A stretch of DNA of 64,000 bases, taken from Antedon mediterranea. Lineage: Eukaryota; Animalia; Echinodermata. Every line of letters begins with the position of its first letter. The first letter of the stretch is position 1. The position numbers and the translations under genes are program-made. The DNA lies in NCBI RefSeq assembly GCF_964355755.1, contig NC_092680.1, positions 18,113,045 through 18,177,044 on the forward strand, read 5' to 3'. The notes under the pieces were generated by a model that saw nothing but the letters and a program-made list of their open reading frames with translations, was not told the DNA's origin and ran no database searches. This document shows positions 1 to 13,693 of this stretch, in pieces.

Positions 1-441
1 TTTGCAGGGACTGCCTCAAATTCGTTCGTTTCGTTCGTTTTTATTTCACAATGCATCAAACTTAATATTTTTACATAATAAGTATTAAATAAAAAAATGC
101 AAAGCCTGGAAAAGACCAAATAAGCTCAATATAGAGCTTTAAGCCTGGTTTCACCAGTACAAAATACACTAATAATTGTATCAATTACAATAGACAATAA
201 TTAAATATTAATTAAAGTAGTAGAAATAATATTATATTGTATTGTGCTGCATTATGCAGTCAAATACAAGCTTGGTGCATGGTCTTGTGGTATGAATACC
301 AGACTAGTGATCTGAAGGTCTTGGGTACAAGTCACAGCCAAGAATCATACAGTACTCTCAACTACTTTGCAGTACAAAAGTATACGTCAGAGTAGGACAA
401 ACATCTGACCAAGTATTTAAATTACTTACTAGTTAGTCTTA

Positions 442-725
442 AGCTCTGTCTACACTATCAAACTAGTTTTATAAAAAAAGTGTGATGTGCCCAAATAAGG
501 TAGTGATGCTAAAAAAGGTAGTGATATGACATCATCATGTCCATATATGGACACATTACATTTTTTTGTCACTGTACATAAAGTTTGATAATGTAGACAA
601 AGCTTTAAGCTCTGTCTACACTATCAAACTAAAAAAATGTGAGTGCCCTATGGAAATGGTGATGCACTGTGGTACATCAGTACTTCACTTTTTTGTCAAA
701 CTAGTTTGATAGTGTAGACAGAGCT
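442..725. mobile_element. Two adjacent MITEs (442-604, 608-725), PIF/Harbinger (Tourist)-like
   Basis: TIR AGCTCTGTCTACACTATCAAACT at both ends of each copy; TTA flanks at 439-441, 605-607 (shared) and 726-728; the family recurs many times in the window. Confidence 0.85.
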
Positions 726-3368
726 TTACATAAGATAAATACAGCATGAACATGTTTGTATATTGTTAGTCTTTACTGATGAAAATAGTTATCTCCATGC
801 AAGAAAGGAAATAAGATAGGGTACAAAATGTTAGAGAAAAGTCCACAAAATGTCTGTGGCGTGGTGTAGTGTAGAGCTGTAGTGTACAGTAGAGCTGTAG
901 TGTACAGTAGAGGTACAGACAGGTACAGTACGATAAGATCAAGCCTAATTATCTCAAGATCAATGGGTTTTTGTGATCTTTAAAATACAAGTAAACACTT
1001 AATTTTTCTCTTGAAAAATTTCAAACTAAAAAGTTTCAAATAAACAAGTTAAACAATAAAAAGACTGAGTATGTTTTTAAATTAAAAAATATCATTGACC
1101 AACATGCATTCTACAGTACTCCTGACGTCTCCGTTTATGGTACCCCAATTACTGTAGTGTAATGCCTAAAAAAAGAGAAAGAAATGGAATATGTGGGAGA
1201 AATAAAGGAAAATGCACCACGATGCTGGATTGGGATCATGCGGATATAACTTACGTTCTCTCATTTTGCATTTATTTTCGTGTTGCATAGCAGCTAAGGT
1301 GAGACGGTCTAAGCCACTGCCTAAGGTATTAGCTCTCTCACAATTTGCTACACGGGCTGGCAGCACCAATAGTGGAAAATTTAGAAAGAAAAAAGTATCA
1401 TCATATGCTGTATTTTGAAGTCAGTAGAGTAGTAAAAAAAAACCAGTGAGAAAGGTATGAATAGTGTTACTGTACATCTACTATAATTTGCCACATAAAA
1501 GAACAAACACAAACATGCTTTGATAAATAATGGTATTTATGTTGACATGTTCAATACAAATGTGATGTTGTATGTCAAGTTGAATATTCTTGATAGCGAG
1601 ACTGCAGAGAAAAAGAAAAATCAAAAGTACAGTCAGAGTAAAATAAGTCTCCCTTGAAACTGTTCGGTGTTCTCAGGGTGGCCTAGGGTGAGTGATAAAC
1701 AAGGGCAGCAACGGTATAAACATATTGGACATGGTATTCAAAACATTTGCAACATGAAATGTGCAATAACTGAACATGAACATAATATTTTATAGGCAAG
1801 ATTAACTAATGTACATTAGAAATTTACAGTTACTAAATAGTACGCATTGAGATCATTAATATTTTGTCCCACACAGTAAAGTATTGTTGATGACTGTATT
1901 GTGTTATTTTAAATCATTTGGTCATCGTTTTCGATTAGTTTGTGCACGGTCAAAATGATTGTGCCATTCAGTGACGTTTTGAAATGAGGTCAATTTGAGA
2001 CTGTGATTCCGTTGCAGCTAAAAATTGCTCCGGAAACCGTTTTAAAAACTGTTATCGTTTGTTTTGTGTTGTTACTACTGTGTAAGAGTTGCCAAGAAAA
2101 TTCTTTTCTTTCAAAATACAGTTTTAAAACGATGTTTCTCATGCTCAATAGAAACAGGACGCTAGACTCTAACCATCATCAACCAAACAACATTACTGTA
2201 CATAGAGAATGAAGTATAGACCATCAAGTTCAAAATCATGTTCAAGTATAGCTGTTTTTCTCTGGACTTTGGAGCCTCTCAGTCTCACCAGGATGTTAAA
2301 ATAATTTTAGATTTTTCGAAACTTTAACTTCCTTATTCTTCTACCTTACTTTACACTACAGTACAGTATGTGCAATGTACGGTACAGTCAGTAGCTGAGA
2401 ACTAAAGTTTACACAACATCAAACAGGATGATACAAAATTATCATGCACCATTGTGTTTAAATTACAAACTAGTTCAGAGTGGTATTGACATTTCTATGT
2501 GTGATCTTTATGTAAATATTTACTCGTAAGATTGAAATAGCTGCTGAAAAAACCCCTTTCTGGTTATCATTTTAATTTCAATTTGACCCTACATTTGACA
2601 GACCCTACCTGAATAGAGTAGAAAACTAGGGGAAGAATAAGTTCTTATGCAATCATGACTTAGAAATCCTTTACAGTAGGCCCAACAAGTATCAAACAAA
2701 AACCAACGTTCTAGAGCTATGGTCTAACTTACAAAAAAAAGACCCTGTGTGTGCTTTTTTTTTTTTGCTACCATACAAAACAGGGGGAAGGATAAGAAGG
2801 TGAGTGGATGGGAAATGAGGGTGAGGGAGGGGGATTATTAATGGTACGGCATACTTTATTGAATAATGAAGGTAAATAGTATTTGTATAGTATTACATGG
2901 CTTACTGTAGTTAATTGTATACAAAGATTAGAGAACATTTGACTGTAGTAGGAATAGAGAAATTTAATATTTATTTTTACTGTATACGAATCTATAGACT
3001 TGACTCATACATCTTTGTAAGGAACTACTGTATGGGTCATTGACCCCTACCTACTGTAGTAAATCAGCCATGTCTATTGAACAAAACAAGTTTACATTCG
3101 ATTTTTCAGGTTGTGCACAGAGTGTGAATGTCAGATGACAAGCAAGTTTTTGACAAAGGGTTTGAAAGAGCTTGTTCCTGGACGCGGCAGCACCCTTTGT
3201 CTATACTTTACGCGGATAAGACATTGTTGTAGGCAGATGGACAGTTAATCTACAGTTATTAGATTATGAAAATAATAAAAATTAGAAAAAAAAGAACTTG
3301 GAAATAATTGTAAAAATGTAATAACAATTTTATGAAAATCAGAAATGTTTACAAAAGTACAATTTTTA

Positions 3369-3535
3369 AGCTCTGTCCACAAACTAGTTTGACAAAAAAG
3401 TGTGATGTGCCCAAATATGGTGGTAGTGATACGTTTAAATATGGTACTGTACAGTAGTGATATGACATCATCATGTCCATATATGGGCACATTACATTTT
3501 GTTGTCACATAAAGTTTGATAGTGTAGACAGAGCT
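3369..3535. mobile_element. MITE, same Harbinger-like family (3' fragment follows at ~3556-3613)
   Basis: Same TIRs and internal GTGATGTGCCCAAATATGG core; TTA/TAA flanks. Confidence 0.85.
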
Positions 3536-3684
3536 TAAGTTATTGCTACTAATACTATATATGAGCACATCACATTTTTTTGTCGCATAACATTTGATAG
3601 TGTAAACAGAGCTTTAGATTTAGATTAATGTGTGCTCTATTTAAATATTTGTTACGTAACGTTTAAAACTAAACAATAACACAC

Positions 3685-3832
3685 CTGGTTGTTGTGTATA
3701 GCCATTTCCTCCCTGCGGTTCTTTGACTCTGTATTTATGACTTGTGTTCTCATGAACTGGAGTAACTGGCTCAGATTTTCTTGGGTTGTTCTGTATCGTT
3801 GGATCTTCTTCCTTACTACAAATACAACCCAT
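3685..3832 (-). CDS. First coding exon of a probably myristoylated/palmitoylated protein, most likely a Src-family tyrosine kinase (SH4/unique region)
   Basis: MGCICSKEEDPTIQNNPRKSEPVTPVHENTSHKYRVKEPQGGNGYTQQP(G) matches the MGCxxSK acylation motif; strong polypyrimidine acceptor with exon start at 3915; phase-1 donor CAG|GTGTGT, as expected before the SH3 exon in Src-family genes. No SH3 or kinase exon lies inside the window, so the family call is inference. Confidence 0.6.
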
Positions 3833-4170
3833 ATTTATTTGGCACCATTCAACAGTCAAGTTGTGACAAATCACTGGACATTAGAAACTGACCCAAACTA
3901 ATTGAATCTTACAACCTAAAAAAGAGAGAGAAAAAAGATCTTGTACAAGTTTTTAGATATTGTTTAACTGTTTTAATTATTAGTACACAAATAGGAAATA
4001 CCAAGCTTTGTAAAACATGATACTGAATTGTTATTTTTTAATGTTATATATATTGGCAAAAGAGGAGATACATTTTACTCAGTGGCTATGAGCGCTCACT
4101 GAATAAACCCAGGAGTTCCAGAGCTCAAGGAGCCTCAGAGCATGAGCAGTTCAGTGCAACATAGCACCCA

Positions 4171-4623
4171 GCGTTGGAGGGCTCTTTTAGGAGTGCTACT
4201 GTAAGCCTTTGCCCTCCCTGTGTGTTAATACGCCACTATGTTTATTTAAATACAGAGTATAGACACTTAACATACTGATAGTGATACAGTACATATCTCT
4301 CTCTCTCGCTAGAAAATCGACGGAGTGTCTGAAACTACCTTATTTATTCAATTACAGTATATTTTTGGCCCAATTTGAAATGGTGGAGATACTGCGTTGG
4401 AGGGCTCCTTTAGGAGTGCTACTGTAAGCCTTTGCCCTCCCTGTGTGTTAATACGCCACTATGTTTATTTAAATACAGAGTATAGACACTTACTGTAACA
4501 TACTGATACTGATACAGTACATATCTCTCTCTCTCGCTAGAAAATCGACGGAGTGTCTGAAACTACCTTATTTATTCAATTACAGTATATTTTTGGCCCA
4601 ATTTGAAATGGTGGAGATACTGT
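4171..4623. repeat. Local tandem duplication, ~223-bp unit x2
   Basis: GCGTTGGAGGGCTC...GGTGGAGATACT at 4171-4393 and 4394-4623, near identical. Confidence 0.95.
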
Positions 4624-4779
4624 ATGTAAGTAGGAAGAAAACTTCAGTGTTTTTAATAACTTTAGGGGGAAAACCAAGACTTTATTTTGTATCTTAATTG
4701 TTTTCCTGTTTATATTTTTTAATGGATTTTCCAGAATATTGTGAGCAATTAAAGGAAACTAATAGGATTGATGTAATAA

Positions 4780-4937
4780 AGCTCTGTCTACACTATCAAA
4801 CTTTATGTTCGACAAAAAAATGTCCATATACTGTACTGTATGGACATGAAGATGTCATACTGTATCTATCAGTATCACTACCATATTTATCATATCACAC
4901 TTTTTTGTCAAACTAGTTTGATAGTGTAAACAGAGTA
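4780..4937. mobile_element. MITE, same family, opposite orientation
   Basis: TIRs present; the internal core is reverse-complemented relative to 442-604. Confidence 0.8.
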
Positions 4938-6805
4938 TTAGATTTACAGTACATTAGCATTTAAAACAAACAAAACCAAACACATTAAGATAGTAAAAAG
5001 CTGCTAGACAAACCCAAGAAATGTTGTTAGTGATAAATGGGTAAGAAATATCTGTGTGCTAGTAGATTTTTGTCCATTGTATTATGTAAGGTTTTAAAGG
5101 GTGTATCAGTAAAAACACAATCCTATTTGGTTGGGTACTGAAGGAGTCCTTAGGTTCAAGTATAAATATTGCATTGTAATTCATTAACATTCATAAAACC
5201 AGTCGGTTTATAAGCAATTCATTCATGTTACTGACATGATAAAATAAATTGAATAGATTGAAAGAAATTAAATGGCCGCTACAATTGAAGTTAAAGCTAC
5301 AAATAATCAATATTGTAATAATTATATTAAAATCATAACATCTTGACGTTGCTGTCTACAGTAGTGGAAAACTCTAATACAGTACAATAGGGTATGTACA
5401 GTACACCGGGTGTACAAACAATACAATATGTAGATAATCCATATGTTCAGTAATAGTCTGTACTACAGTATACATTTTAATGCTGATTATTAAGAAATAC
5501 CATTGATATAAAAATAGCACATGATGTAATGGCTTTTTTGTCTGAATGAAATATGATTATTCAAATAATGTGCATTAGACTAGAGATAATACCAAGGTTA
5601 TACAGTAAATTAATCTAGGTGGAATGGAAGAATAATACTGGGTGGGTGACCCTGCTTACTTACAGTACTGTACAGTACTGTCGTATCTCTTTAATATTAC
5701 ATTGACAATTTTTCACTCCTTGTTTTAATACATTCTTTTGTAATCAAATCAGAACATAGGAATTTAGCAAAATGAAGCTATTTTTAATAGAAAATGAGGC
5801 AACAATACTGTACTGTACAGTTGTTTTAGCTATAATATCAATCTGTATGGACTGTACAAGGAAGCTACTTTAACTTTGGGGTTTGGCCAGATGGAGTGCT
5901 AACGGTTTTAATATCATAATACTGTATCTCTATAACTGTTACACTTCTTCTTCTATCTCATTCTGAAATAATTTATTCTACATGAAATACATTTTTTCTT
6001 CCAGCGGATTTCCGACTCTTTAGGAATGTGGTGAGAAAATTTATGAATTTTTTAACAAAAACCTACAGGTACTGTAGGTAGGCTAAAAATATTTAAGACA
6101 TTTATTAGTTAAAATCAATACAAGGTCAAAGGTTAACAATACAACCTAGTGCTAAGGATTTCAAGAATAAAATACAATACAGTGTATTATGACAAATTTG
6201 ACAAGCAATCATTTAATGGTAAAAGTATGATGATGTTGAAATTATCTAAGTTATTAAAAAAAAAAGTGGGGGAGGGGCGATGCTCTTCTCGCTTCAGTGA
6301 CATTCACAATAGTCTTACTTTACAACCTTTTTACGAATGAGCCACAATCAACCCCAAGGAATTATACACTGTAGCTGGTATCTACAGTAAAGTCACCTCA
6401 GTCATGGCCTAAAGCTAGGCCTAGTAGTCATTTCGGTCGCATTTCACATCAGTTGTGGTGTTATGCCGGTCGCTGCACCGTTTGACTTTGTATGTAAATT
6501 AGCTGATAGTATGGAGCGCCGTTCACCAATAAAATGGCCAGTGTTACTTTTATGAGTACTAATACAGTTTACAGTATTTATTACGTTCTTTAAAATTAAT
6601 TTAAAGATGATGTATTGTCCCCCTGAAAAATAATTATTGAACATTTTAATGTTACATACAGTTATTCACTTATGACCAAAATTAGATAAAAAAAAAAAAT
6701 TATTTACCCCCTGGGTAAATGGGGGACGATACATCTTTAATGGACTTTTTCTCATTACAGAAATAAGAATACAGCAACATTTTTTAGAAGGAATAATAAT
6801 AATTA

Positions 6806-7053
6806 GTAAAGGTAAAAGGTATTCATATTTGTCCTCAAGCTTAACTGGAAACTGAGGAAATTCGGATTAGGCCCTCCACGGACCCACGGCAGCCAGCAGT
6901 GCAGCGCCTACCAGATCAGCACACCAGGAGACGATCCCTTACTCTTTTCGAATAGTGTACCATACCAAGTTCTTTAACGTGCACTGTTAAGTACACGGGA
7001 CCAACGGCTTTACATCCCATCCGAAGGACGAGGCAATGAGAGTAAAGCACCTT
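6806..7053 (-). mobile_element. 5'-truncated Deu-domain-type SINE
   Basis: Minus strand reads CTTCGGATGGGATGTAAAGCCGTTGGTCC...GCACGTTAAAGAAC...CACTATTCGAAAAGAGTAAGGG, resembling the Deu core; TTTTACC-type tail. Confidence 0.65.
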
Positions 7054-7889
7054 ATAGAAAACAGTCTGTAGTATTTGTTGTTTGATTTTGATTATTTGTT
7101 AGATATATAATGTGTATGGTAATAATGCATCCGAGAGAGTAAATATTGAGAACAAATGAAAAGAGCCTTAATGTGTTTAATTATCTATAATTTCCATCAG
7201 AAATTGTTACTATAAATTCAATCAAATCCACGTCTGATCATTACAATGATATTGTCATGTTGGTTTTTACAAGCTTCTCTTTCGTACGTTTTACTGATCA
7301 AATCCATTCCCCTTTTAAATCTATGCATGTCATTTCGACTCCACGACGTCGTATAGTACGGTCAATAAATAAACACCGATAACCTGCTTTTCACTTTATA
7401 TTCGATATTTTATTTTATGAATAAAATATGTGTATATATATACGCCAAAAACGGGAATCGGTGAATTTATATATTTTGGAATTAAATATTTATTATTATA
7501 AGCTAATTTTTACAGAATATTATAGCGTAATATATATTGGGTACATAAACCTATATTGCATTTTTCGTCTCTTTGTTGCACCAATGGAAGCCTATGGTTT
7601 GCATAACAAAAATTGTTTTTGTTTGTACCTACAGTAGCCTACCCTTTTTTTTTTCGTTTAAATCATGTTGCAAATAAGGTATGACCCTGGATGAATAAGC
7701 AAAGAAAAAGATACACAAGGCACATATTTGGCATGGACCGATTCGAAACGCCACCGATTTCAAACACGACCGAAATGATCTGTAACCTTCTAGGCCCTAG
7801 TAGTAGTAGGCCTACCCTAAGTAAAGTAGCCTAGGCCTAGTAGTGGCCTAGTAGTAGTAGGCTAGTAGTAGTAGACTTTTTTTTCTTAC

Positions 7890-8300
7890 CTTCTGGGTTT
7901 TTATATTATTTTTTTAGCAAACAAAAATGTACAATTTTCACGAACTCCACCACATCAACCGTCATTGCATTGGTGCATCTATTACAAATTAAAACAAGTA
8001 ACAAATAATGAAACAAAAGAAAACACAATATAACTCAGTCGACAAACTTTAGGCCCACTCTTATTTGATAGCAACAAGGTGGTACAAACCGGTACGAGAA
8101 GGCTAATTCTTCGTGTAAATAATCACTGACCGACCAACCAGCCTCGGTAAAACAATGCACGGAACATCTCAACTTGATTATAATAAAAACATATCTATTA
8201 CAATTTACCTGCTTAACTGTATAGCATACACAATGCTGCGTTAATAATTGTTAATAGATTGTTATAAAACTTACATTCGCCATTTATTATATTATCACAA
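7890..8300 (-). other. Probable non-coding first exon of the MGCICSK gene (5' boundary approximate)
   Basis: Consensus donor AAG|GTAAGA at 7890/7889; CpG-richer surroundings; GGGCGG box near 8420; pairs plausibly with the acceptor at 3915. Confidence 0.5.
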
Positions 8301-10704
8301 ACACGGAAGAAAATACAACAGTTTGTTGGAAAATAATGCAAATTTCTTTTGTGATCTTCGCCTTTTTGTAAATATCACCGCTTCATTACTCCAATACAAT
8401 GGCAATTGGTCCACATAGAGGGCGGTAATCTATTAATCGATACAAACTACTACAGTATCCTGTAAATAATACGAACTACGGTAGCCTAGCAGTAATAAAG
8501 TTATTTAAATTATTTCGTTAAATATTTAAATAATTTAAAAAAATTTAAATTATTTAGAAAAAAAAAACAAATTGTATGAAAAATAATATTCGAAACTATT
8601 TACGGCCATGATTTTGTTATACACATACACGAAATATTTCACTTTGAAATATCTGTAACCTCAAAATGAAAGCAATACTGGATATGGAAGTTTATTGTGT
8701 TAAGACTTTACGAAAATAAAAGAGGCTAAAGAAAAATTGTGCTGTGTGAATATTAATCTAGGGTGCCAGAAAGTGATGACAACGTGCATGTATATGTCGA
8801 GGGGGTGGGGCAAGAAGTAAATGAGAGGGACTTGCATGTTGAACTCTGTCAATCAGTCGGCAGTTTAAAATATTTCAATAAGAAAATATGAATTGGTAAT
8901 TTATAGAAATAAGAAGTATTCGAATGATAAAACTATAGCTGCTTACGGACTTGAAATCAACCCAAAAAAAGTGCACATGGCCATGGTAGTCGAAATTAGA
9001 TGATGCGCGTGAACACCAACGAAAGTAGAAAATAGGCCTACAAAACTATATTTTGGGTGTATTTTTCGTTGTGTATAATTTGATATTTTGTTTGTCAGAG
9101 TTATATTAGTGACCACATAGATCAAAGAGGACATAAATCGAATGACCTCATATTGCACACACATGTTCCGTAATGTTTGGATTCGTTTTGTGTGTGTGTG
9201 TGTGTTTTTTATTTCAATGGTTTTTGCTATTTGTTTGTGGTTGCTTTGTTATATTTTTTGCTACTTTATAATTAAACTGTGTCAAGTTTGATTTTTTTTT
9301 TTGCTTTAAGCCATGATACTTATTATTTACACATTTCGAACTCGAATGTAGGCCTACTAAGCATTGATATATATATATATATCAAGCCACGGCGTCTTAC
9401 TCATGAGCTGCCCGTGATTTACGAAATTCATTCTGTTCACATGGTAGGTGTAGTTAATTAAAACTTCAATGCGATCAGTCAAAACGGTTGGCCGGCCGGC
9501 CGGCTGCCGAGTGACCACTGTTTTAATTTGGCGGCTCGAAATGGTATTTGTAGATCTGGCCAAACCGTGAGGAGGTTGCGTAGTTGACATGACGTAACAA
9601 CTTGCGAAACAGGTAAAGTTTCTGTTTTTGCATTTGTTAGTGTTTATTCCTCAAAATTCAGGAAAAAGATAGTCTACGTGTGTGGCCCCTCAGTGTGCCA
9701 AAAGTGAGCACGTACCCTTCAGCGGTTTCGGAGGCCTGGAGATACGTAAAATTACGCGACAAATTTTGGGCCGCTAAACATTTTTGAAGGACCTCAGGGT
9801 GGCTTAAGAAATTGTGTTAAAAACGATAATTTAGCGTCATAAGCGCCTTTATACAGTAAACATACTTTTGTAGCAAAATGTTTGGTAATATACAGTAAAA
9901 GAATTTTACTACAAATAGGCCTAGAATTTGATAATGCAAACCTTCAAACAATATAAATAGAATTGTATTATAATAAAATGCTGCTGTGTGTGTAAAGTAT
10001 GTGTCGGGGCGTTTAGAGTGGGTGTTGATTATTCAAAATTAAGTTTTATGGGGGAGGGGGGGGGGTTATTCAATCCGCGACACAGTGGGCCGTTTCAGCC
10101 TTACAAATCTGCTCAGCTAACTCAACAACTCGGCTACCATTCAGGGTTCCACCTGATTTAAAACAAATCTATTATAGCTATCATCAGTTCTTCCGATGTG
10201 TAGGCCTTATGTAATTATTTTTACCCGATTTCTGACATTAATTTTTTATATAGTGATTTTACAATTTTCCTTTTATGAATTTGATTTGATCGTTATTATT
10301 TTTAGTGTACTTTAATGTTGCTAACTTTGAGCATGGCCTATGAAAATGGCAAAATATGAATATCGCCGCCAACGGCAAACGTTGGGCAACAAAACCCCGG
10401 AAGTGATTACCGTACATTTTCCGCGGACGGTTGAAAATGTTGTTTTATAACCCTTATAATATCTTTCTAAGAGAGAAATATGGAACAATATCATATTGGT
10501 GAACACTATAATGTTACTCAATCTACGTTTTGCGGAACATGTGAGACAGAGGATAGGTATCCAAGGAGGAGATCCGTACAAAAGTGTTGTGTATTTTGGG
10601 TAATTTCCGAATTAATACTGTATGAACTGTTCTTATCTTTTAATGTACTGTATATGTTGTAATTTCACAAACAACTCATATATTTCATGTATACCTTTAT
10701 CTTA

Positions 10705-10841
10705 AGCTCTGTCTAATCAAACTGTAGGCCTATGTTACAAAAAAATGTGATTTGCCCATATATGGACATGATGATGTCATATCACTACCGTATTTGGGCA
10801 CATCACATTTCCTTTGTTAAACTAGTTTGATAGACAGAGCT
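10705..10841. mobile_element. MITE, same family (paralogous copy at 60572-60694)
   Basis: AGCTCTGTCTA...TAGACAGAGCT with TTA flanks. Confidence 0.8.
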
Positions 10842-11666
10842 TTATTTGTATATCTTTGATGACATTGTTTCATTTTTTGTTTTCTCCTAAGGGAGGTGAA
10901 TACACGTACTAAACATAACTAATTTCAACTTGTTCATACTTATAATAAATCTAGACAAATATTGTTTTGAACCAACAAATATCGGTGGGTGTCTTTGAAA
11001 TATAAATTCAAGGTTCATAATAAACAGTACAACATTTAGATTTAAATCAAATAATATTAGGCCTACTTTATTCATCTTCTAACCATATTTTCTCTGATAG
11101 TAATCAAAATATAGGCCTACATACATTAAAGATGAAAATGGTCCATAAACCCGCAAGGGCTTATGGAAACCATAATAGTAGGTCTAAATGAATGAGTAAG
11201 TACATAAAGTGACACAGTAAGCAAAATTAAAATGATTTAGAGGTAATACATAATAATATATAATACATGTTTAGTAAATCATAATAACTAAAAGTTAATA
11301 CATATTTCGTTAAAAAAAAGATGTTAACAATACTATATTATTTCTACTACATTTTAATTTATAATAAAATTGGTACAGAGTCTGAATTAGTATATCTAGA
11401 TCACCGGTGAATAATATTATGCGGCCAGTTATTGATTTAAACAACGTTAAAATGCGAAGGCTTGGTGATATGCTTCCTTCTTGTGGTAAATGAATGGCGA
11501 ACTGTACTCTGTAAAGAAGTCACACTCGCTTCGGCCTCCGAACGATTAGTGACGTGTGGGTATATAAAACACATCAGATGATGTCAGTGGGGTTTTATCG
11601 CGGGACATGGTTCTTGACTTCGTCTCGGGGTAATGGTATCGAGATCGCCGAGGGCTATATACTGAA

Positions 11667-11719
11667 CTATGCTCCAGTCAAAATGTATATAATATGCATT
11701 AAAGCAGAAGAATGCATGT
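11667..11719 (-). CDS. Candidate terminal exon F, unit 1: (D)MHSSALMHIIYILTGA*
   Basis: Acceptor TTTTTCTTTCATTATAATGTACACAG, phase 1 compatible with the EGF exon donor; short hydrophobic tail then TAG; present in all three units. Confidence 0.35.
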
Positions 11720-11884
11720 CTGTGTACATTATAATGAAAGAAAAATAATATAAATAAGTTAAAGATTTTTGCATTATAAATTTTAGATTCTTGAGCCAAA
11801 CTTACCAGCAGGCCTACTCATAATATATTCATTACATTTTCATTATCCGTGTTTTTTGCTCAGAAAAAACGTCCCCTTTTTTAG

Positions 11885-12133
11885 TAAACCAAATATAAAC
11901 AGGTTAAAACAAAATATAAACAGGTTAAAATCAAATATAAACAGGTTAAAACCCAATATAAACAGGTTAAAACCAAATATAAGAAGATTAAAATCAAGAT
12001 AAACAGGTTAAAACCAAATATAAACAGGTTAAAACCAAATATAAACAGGTTAAAACCAAATATAAGAAGATTAAAATCAAGATAAACAGGTTAAAACCAA
12101 ATATAAACAGGTTAAAACCAAATATAAACAGGT
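11885..12133. repeat. 21-bp minisatellite (AAAACCAAATATAAACAGGTT), ~12 copies
   Basis: Direct tandem repeats; ~11 copies at 36354-36582 and ~7 at 61752-61897. Confidence 0.95.
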
Positions 12134-12850
12134 TCCGACTTATGACATTAGGTTAATAATAATAATATACATAATCTGCAAGCATGACTAATACAATAAA
12201 TCAAAACCAATTACGAAAGGATATATAAACATTTTCTCAACCATGTGTTTTTTCAAAATGATGAACGAGTTATGGCGAACACCCACAGTATACATTAACT
12301 GAAAGAAAAAATAATGTTTTAGGAACTGCATCTTGGAGTTGTGGCTTGGTGGTTATGATGCTTGGCTACCAATCCAAGGCTACTGGGTTCCTTTCGTATA
12401 GTTTTTCTAATTTCTAATGACAAATTACAACTCTACTACAAGACTTGTAATAAGACTTTTTTTATGTAGAGCATCATTATGTATGTTTGTCTTGTGAACG
12501 GTGATTGCCACATTTAAGAAGAGTGAATGAATTCGCTTTTGGTTATACTTGGCAATTTGCCAATATATATAAAAAAAAACAAACAAAAGTAAAAAACAGT
12601 TTTTATATTTTACCGTTTAATATAAATGTAGTCAAGATACAGAACCTTGTATATCATAATTTTACACTTGTTTGTGGTTTGTCAATACATTTTGCAAGCA
12701 AAAAATACAAAATACATGCATGAAGTAATTTTACTTTGTGTTCTTTGAAATTATGCTCTGTCGTGATACGGCGTTTAAAAAGAATGGTGACGAATAAAAA
12801 CGAATTTAGGCACACTGAATAGAATAATATTTTTTTAAGTATAGGCCTAC

Positions 12851-12973
12851 CTATTTTACGGCTGCTACATGTTGGGCCCATGTACCCATTGGCGCATTTG
12901 CAGACGCTGGTATTCTCTGTAGTAACACAAGTACCACCATTCAAGCAACCACCGCAATCATCTTGAATATCAG
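12851..12973 (-). CDS. Exon E, unit 1: EGF-like domain
   Basis: ADIQDDCGGCLNGGTCVTTENTSVCKCANGYMGPTCSSRKI, six-Cys EGF pattern; acceptor TTACAG, donor AG|GTAGGC; 123 nt, phase 1-1. Confidence 0.9.
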
Positions 12974-13292
12974 CTGTAATAAAAAAAATTAGTAATGGTA
13001 TATTTAGTAAAAATAAGATTTTAGACTTGTGTCTAAAATGAATAATGGGAACTTTATGTTTACGACCTACCACCGACTAACCTAGGTCAGGTCAATCGAT
13101 GTGTCGTCGGTCGTCGTCTGGACTGGACATAAGAACAAACGTGTGTCGAGGTGAGAAGCGAGGAAATGCGTCCCATACGCAGTTCAGTCGTCACAAATCA
13201 AACGCTACGATATTATATATACTTAGGTCCATGATTATACTCTAAATTGTTAGACCACGAAAATAATAGTCTTAGTCCATAGTTAAACCTAC

Positions 13293-13553
13293 CTGTGAAT
13301 GGGCCTATATAAAAGCCTGAATATGGATAACTAATTTGAGTAATACTGCTCTCCAATGATTGATTTTCAGTTCTTGTATTAACTCTATATATGCCATCAG
13401 TCAAAGATTCTGTCCAGTAGATATAGGGGCCATATATTTCAACATCAATGCAGTAAATACCGTCCAGATCAACAGTTGTTGCTCTGTTGGTTCCATCAAG
13501 GTTAGCTTCTTCAATGACATTAGTTCCTGAATCACACCAATACATCTTTCCAT
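13293..13553 (-). CDS. Exon D, unit 1: YWTD propeller blades (MYWCD, IYWTE)
   Basis: DGKMYWCDSGTNVIEEANLDGTNR...IYWTE; acceptor TTTAAG, donor CAG|GTAGGT; 261 nt, phase 1-1. Confidence 0.92.
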
Positions 13554-13693
13554 CTTAAAGATAACAAAAATATATAAAAAAAATAATTAACAATGGGATG
13601 AACAAGGGGCCCGGATGCAGTTTAATCCAATAATTCAGTATGTGACAGTTTTAATCTCTTTTTTTTTATCTCTAAACACACAAGGCTTTCATT

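Noticed and set aside
6425-7787. Old TIR element bounded by GTCATTTCGGTCG / CGACCGAAATGATC
   Set aside because: The left end is too eroded and no TSD is identifiable.
8410-8426. CTCF site
   Set aside because: Only the 3' half matches; not distinguishable from a GC box.
11554-11748. Plus-strand ORF MWVYKTHQ... present in more than one unit
   Set aside because: Conservation is explained by recent duplication; no recognisable domain or splice context.
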